This document shows positions 63,855 through 64,000 of a stretch of 64,000 nucleotides of DNA, piece after piece (within the stretch, counting starts at the first letter, position 1; every line of letters starts with the position of its first letter). The position numbers and the translations under genes were made by a program. The DNA is from Cetorhinus maximus (lineage: Eukaryota), in assembly GCF_964194155.1 (NCBI RefSeq), contig NC_135899.1, positions 52,390,001 to 52,454,000 of the forward strand. The letters are read 5' to 3'. The notes beneath the pieces are model-generated. The model was not told the origin of the DNA, did no database searches, and saw only the letters and a program-made list of their open reading frames with translations.

Positions 63855-64000
63855 CGTGAGGAAAGGCATCATCATCCTAATCTACAAGTGGGAGGGTGAG
63901 AGGGAGGGAATCAGATATTGGCAGCCCATTTCACTGCTTAAAGTAGAGTATAAAATTCTTTCTAAGGTCATCATCAAGGGTCAAATCTGCTCTGGAGTTG
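63855..64000 (+). mobile_element. Tx1-clade RT fragment running off the window
   Basis: RKGIIILIYKWEGEREGIRYWQPISLLKVEYKILSKVI. Confidence 0.8.

Overview
Vertebrate genomic DNA, most likely a cartilaginous fish (shark), judged from the repeat complement (CR1, L2, Tx1, Penelope-like, Harbinger MITEs, tRNA/L2-tailed SINEs). The one complete host gene is AIRIM/C1orf109 on the + strand: 4 coding exons at 15342-28111, 206 aa, including a 7.5-kb U12-type intron. Upstream, two related minus-strand promoter/first-exon cassettes (~1.4-2.0 kb and ~10.55-10.87 kb) each carry a CHR-like element and a 31-bp-periodic CCAAT array. They probably belong to CDCA8, the head-to-head neighbour of C1orf109 in human, but no coding sequence for it is visible here. 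Between them lie three host-gene captures: (i) a Penelope-like insertion with a 15-bp TSD carrying two copies of an intron-flanked beta-catenin (CTNNB1) exon, (ii) an FKBP1 3' retrocopy, and (iii) a full-length, intact, tailless RPL27A retrocopy. Downstream of AIRIM are a degraded LTR element with a Cys-rich fusion-protein-like env, two unrelated ~255-295 bp inverted-repeat pairs with ~1-kb spacers, G-rich arrays, solo LTRs, a Harbinger derivative and an assembly gap (46239-46403). All calls come from reading the sequence by eye; no searches were run.
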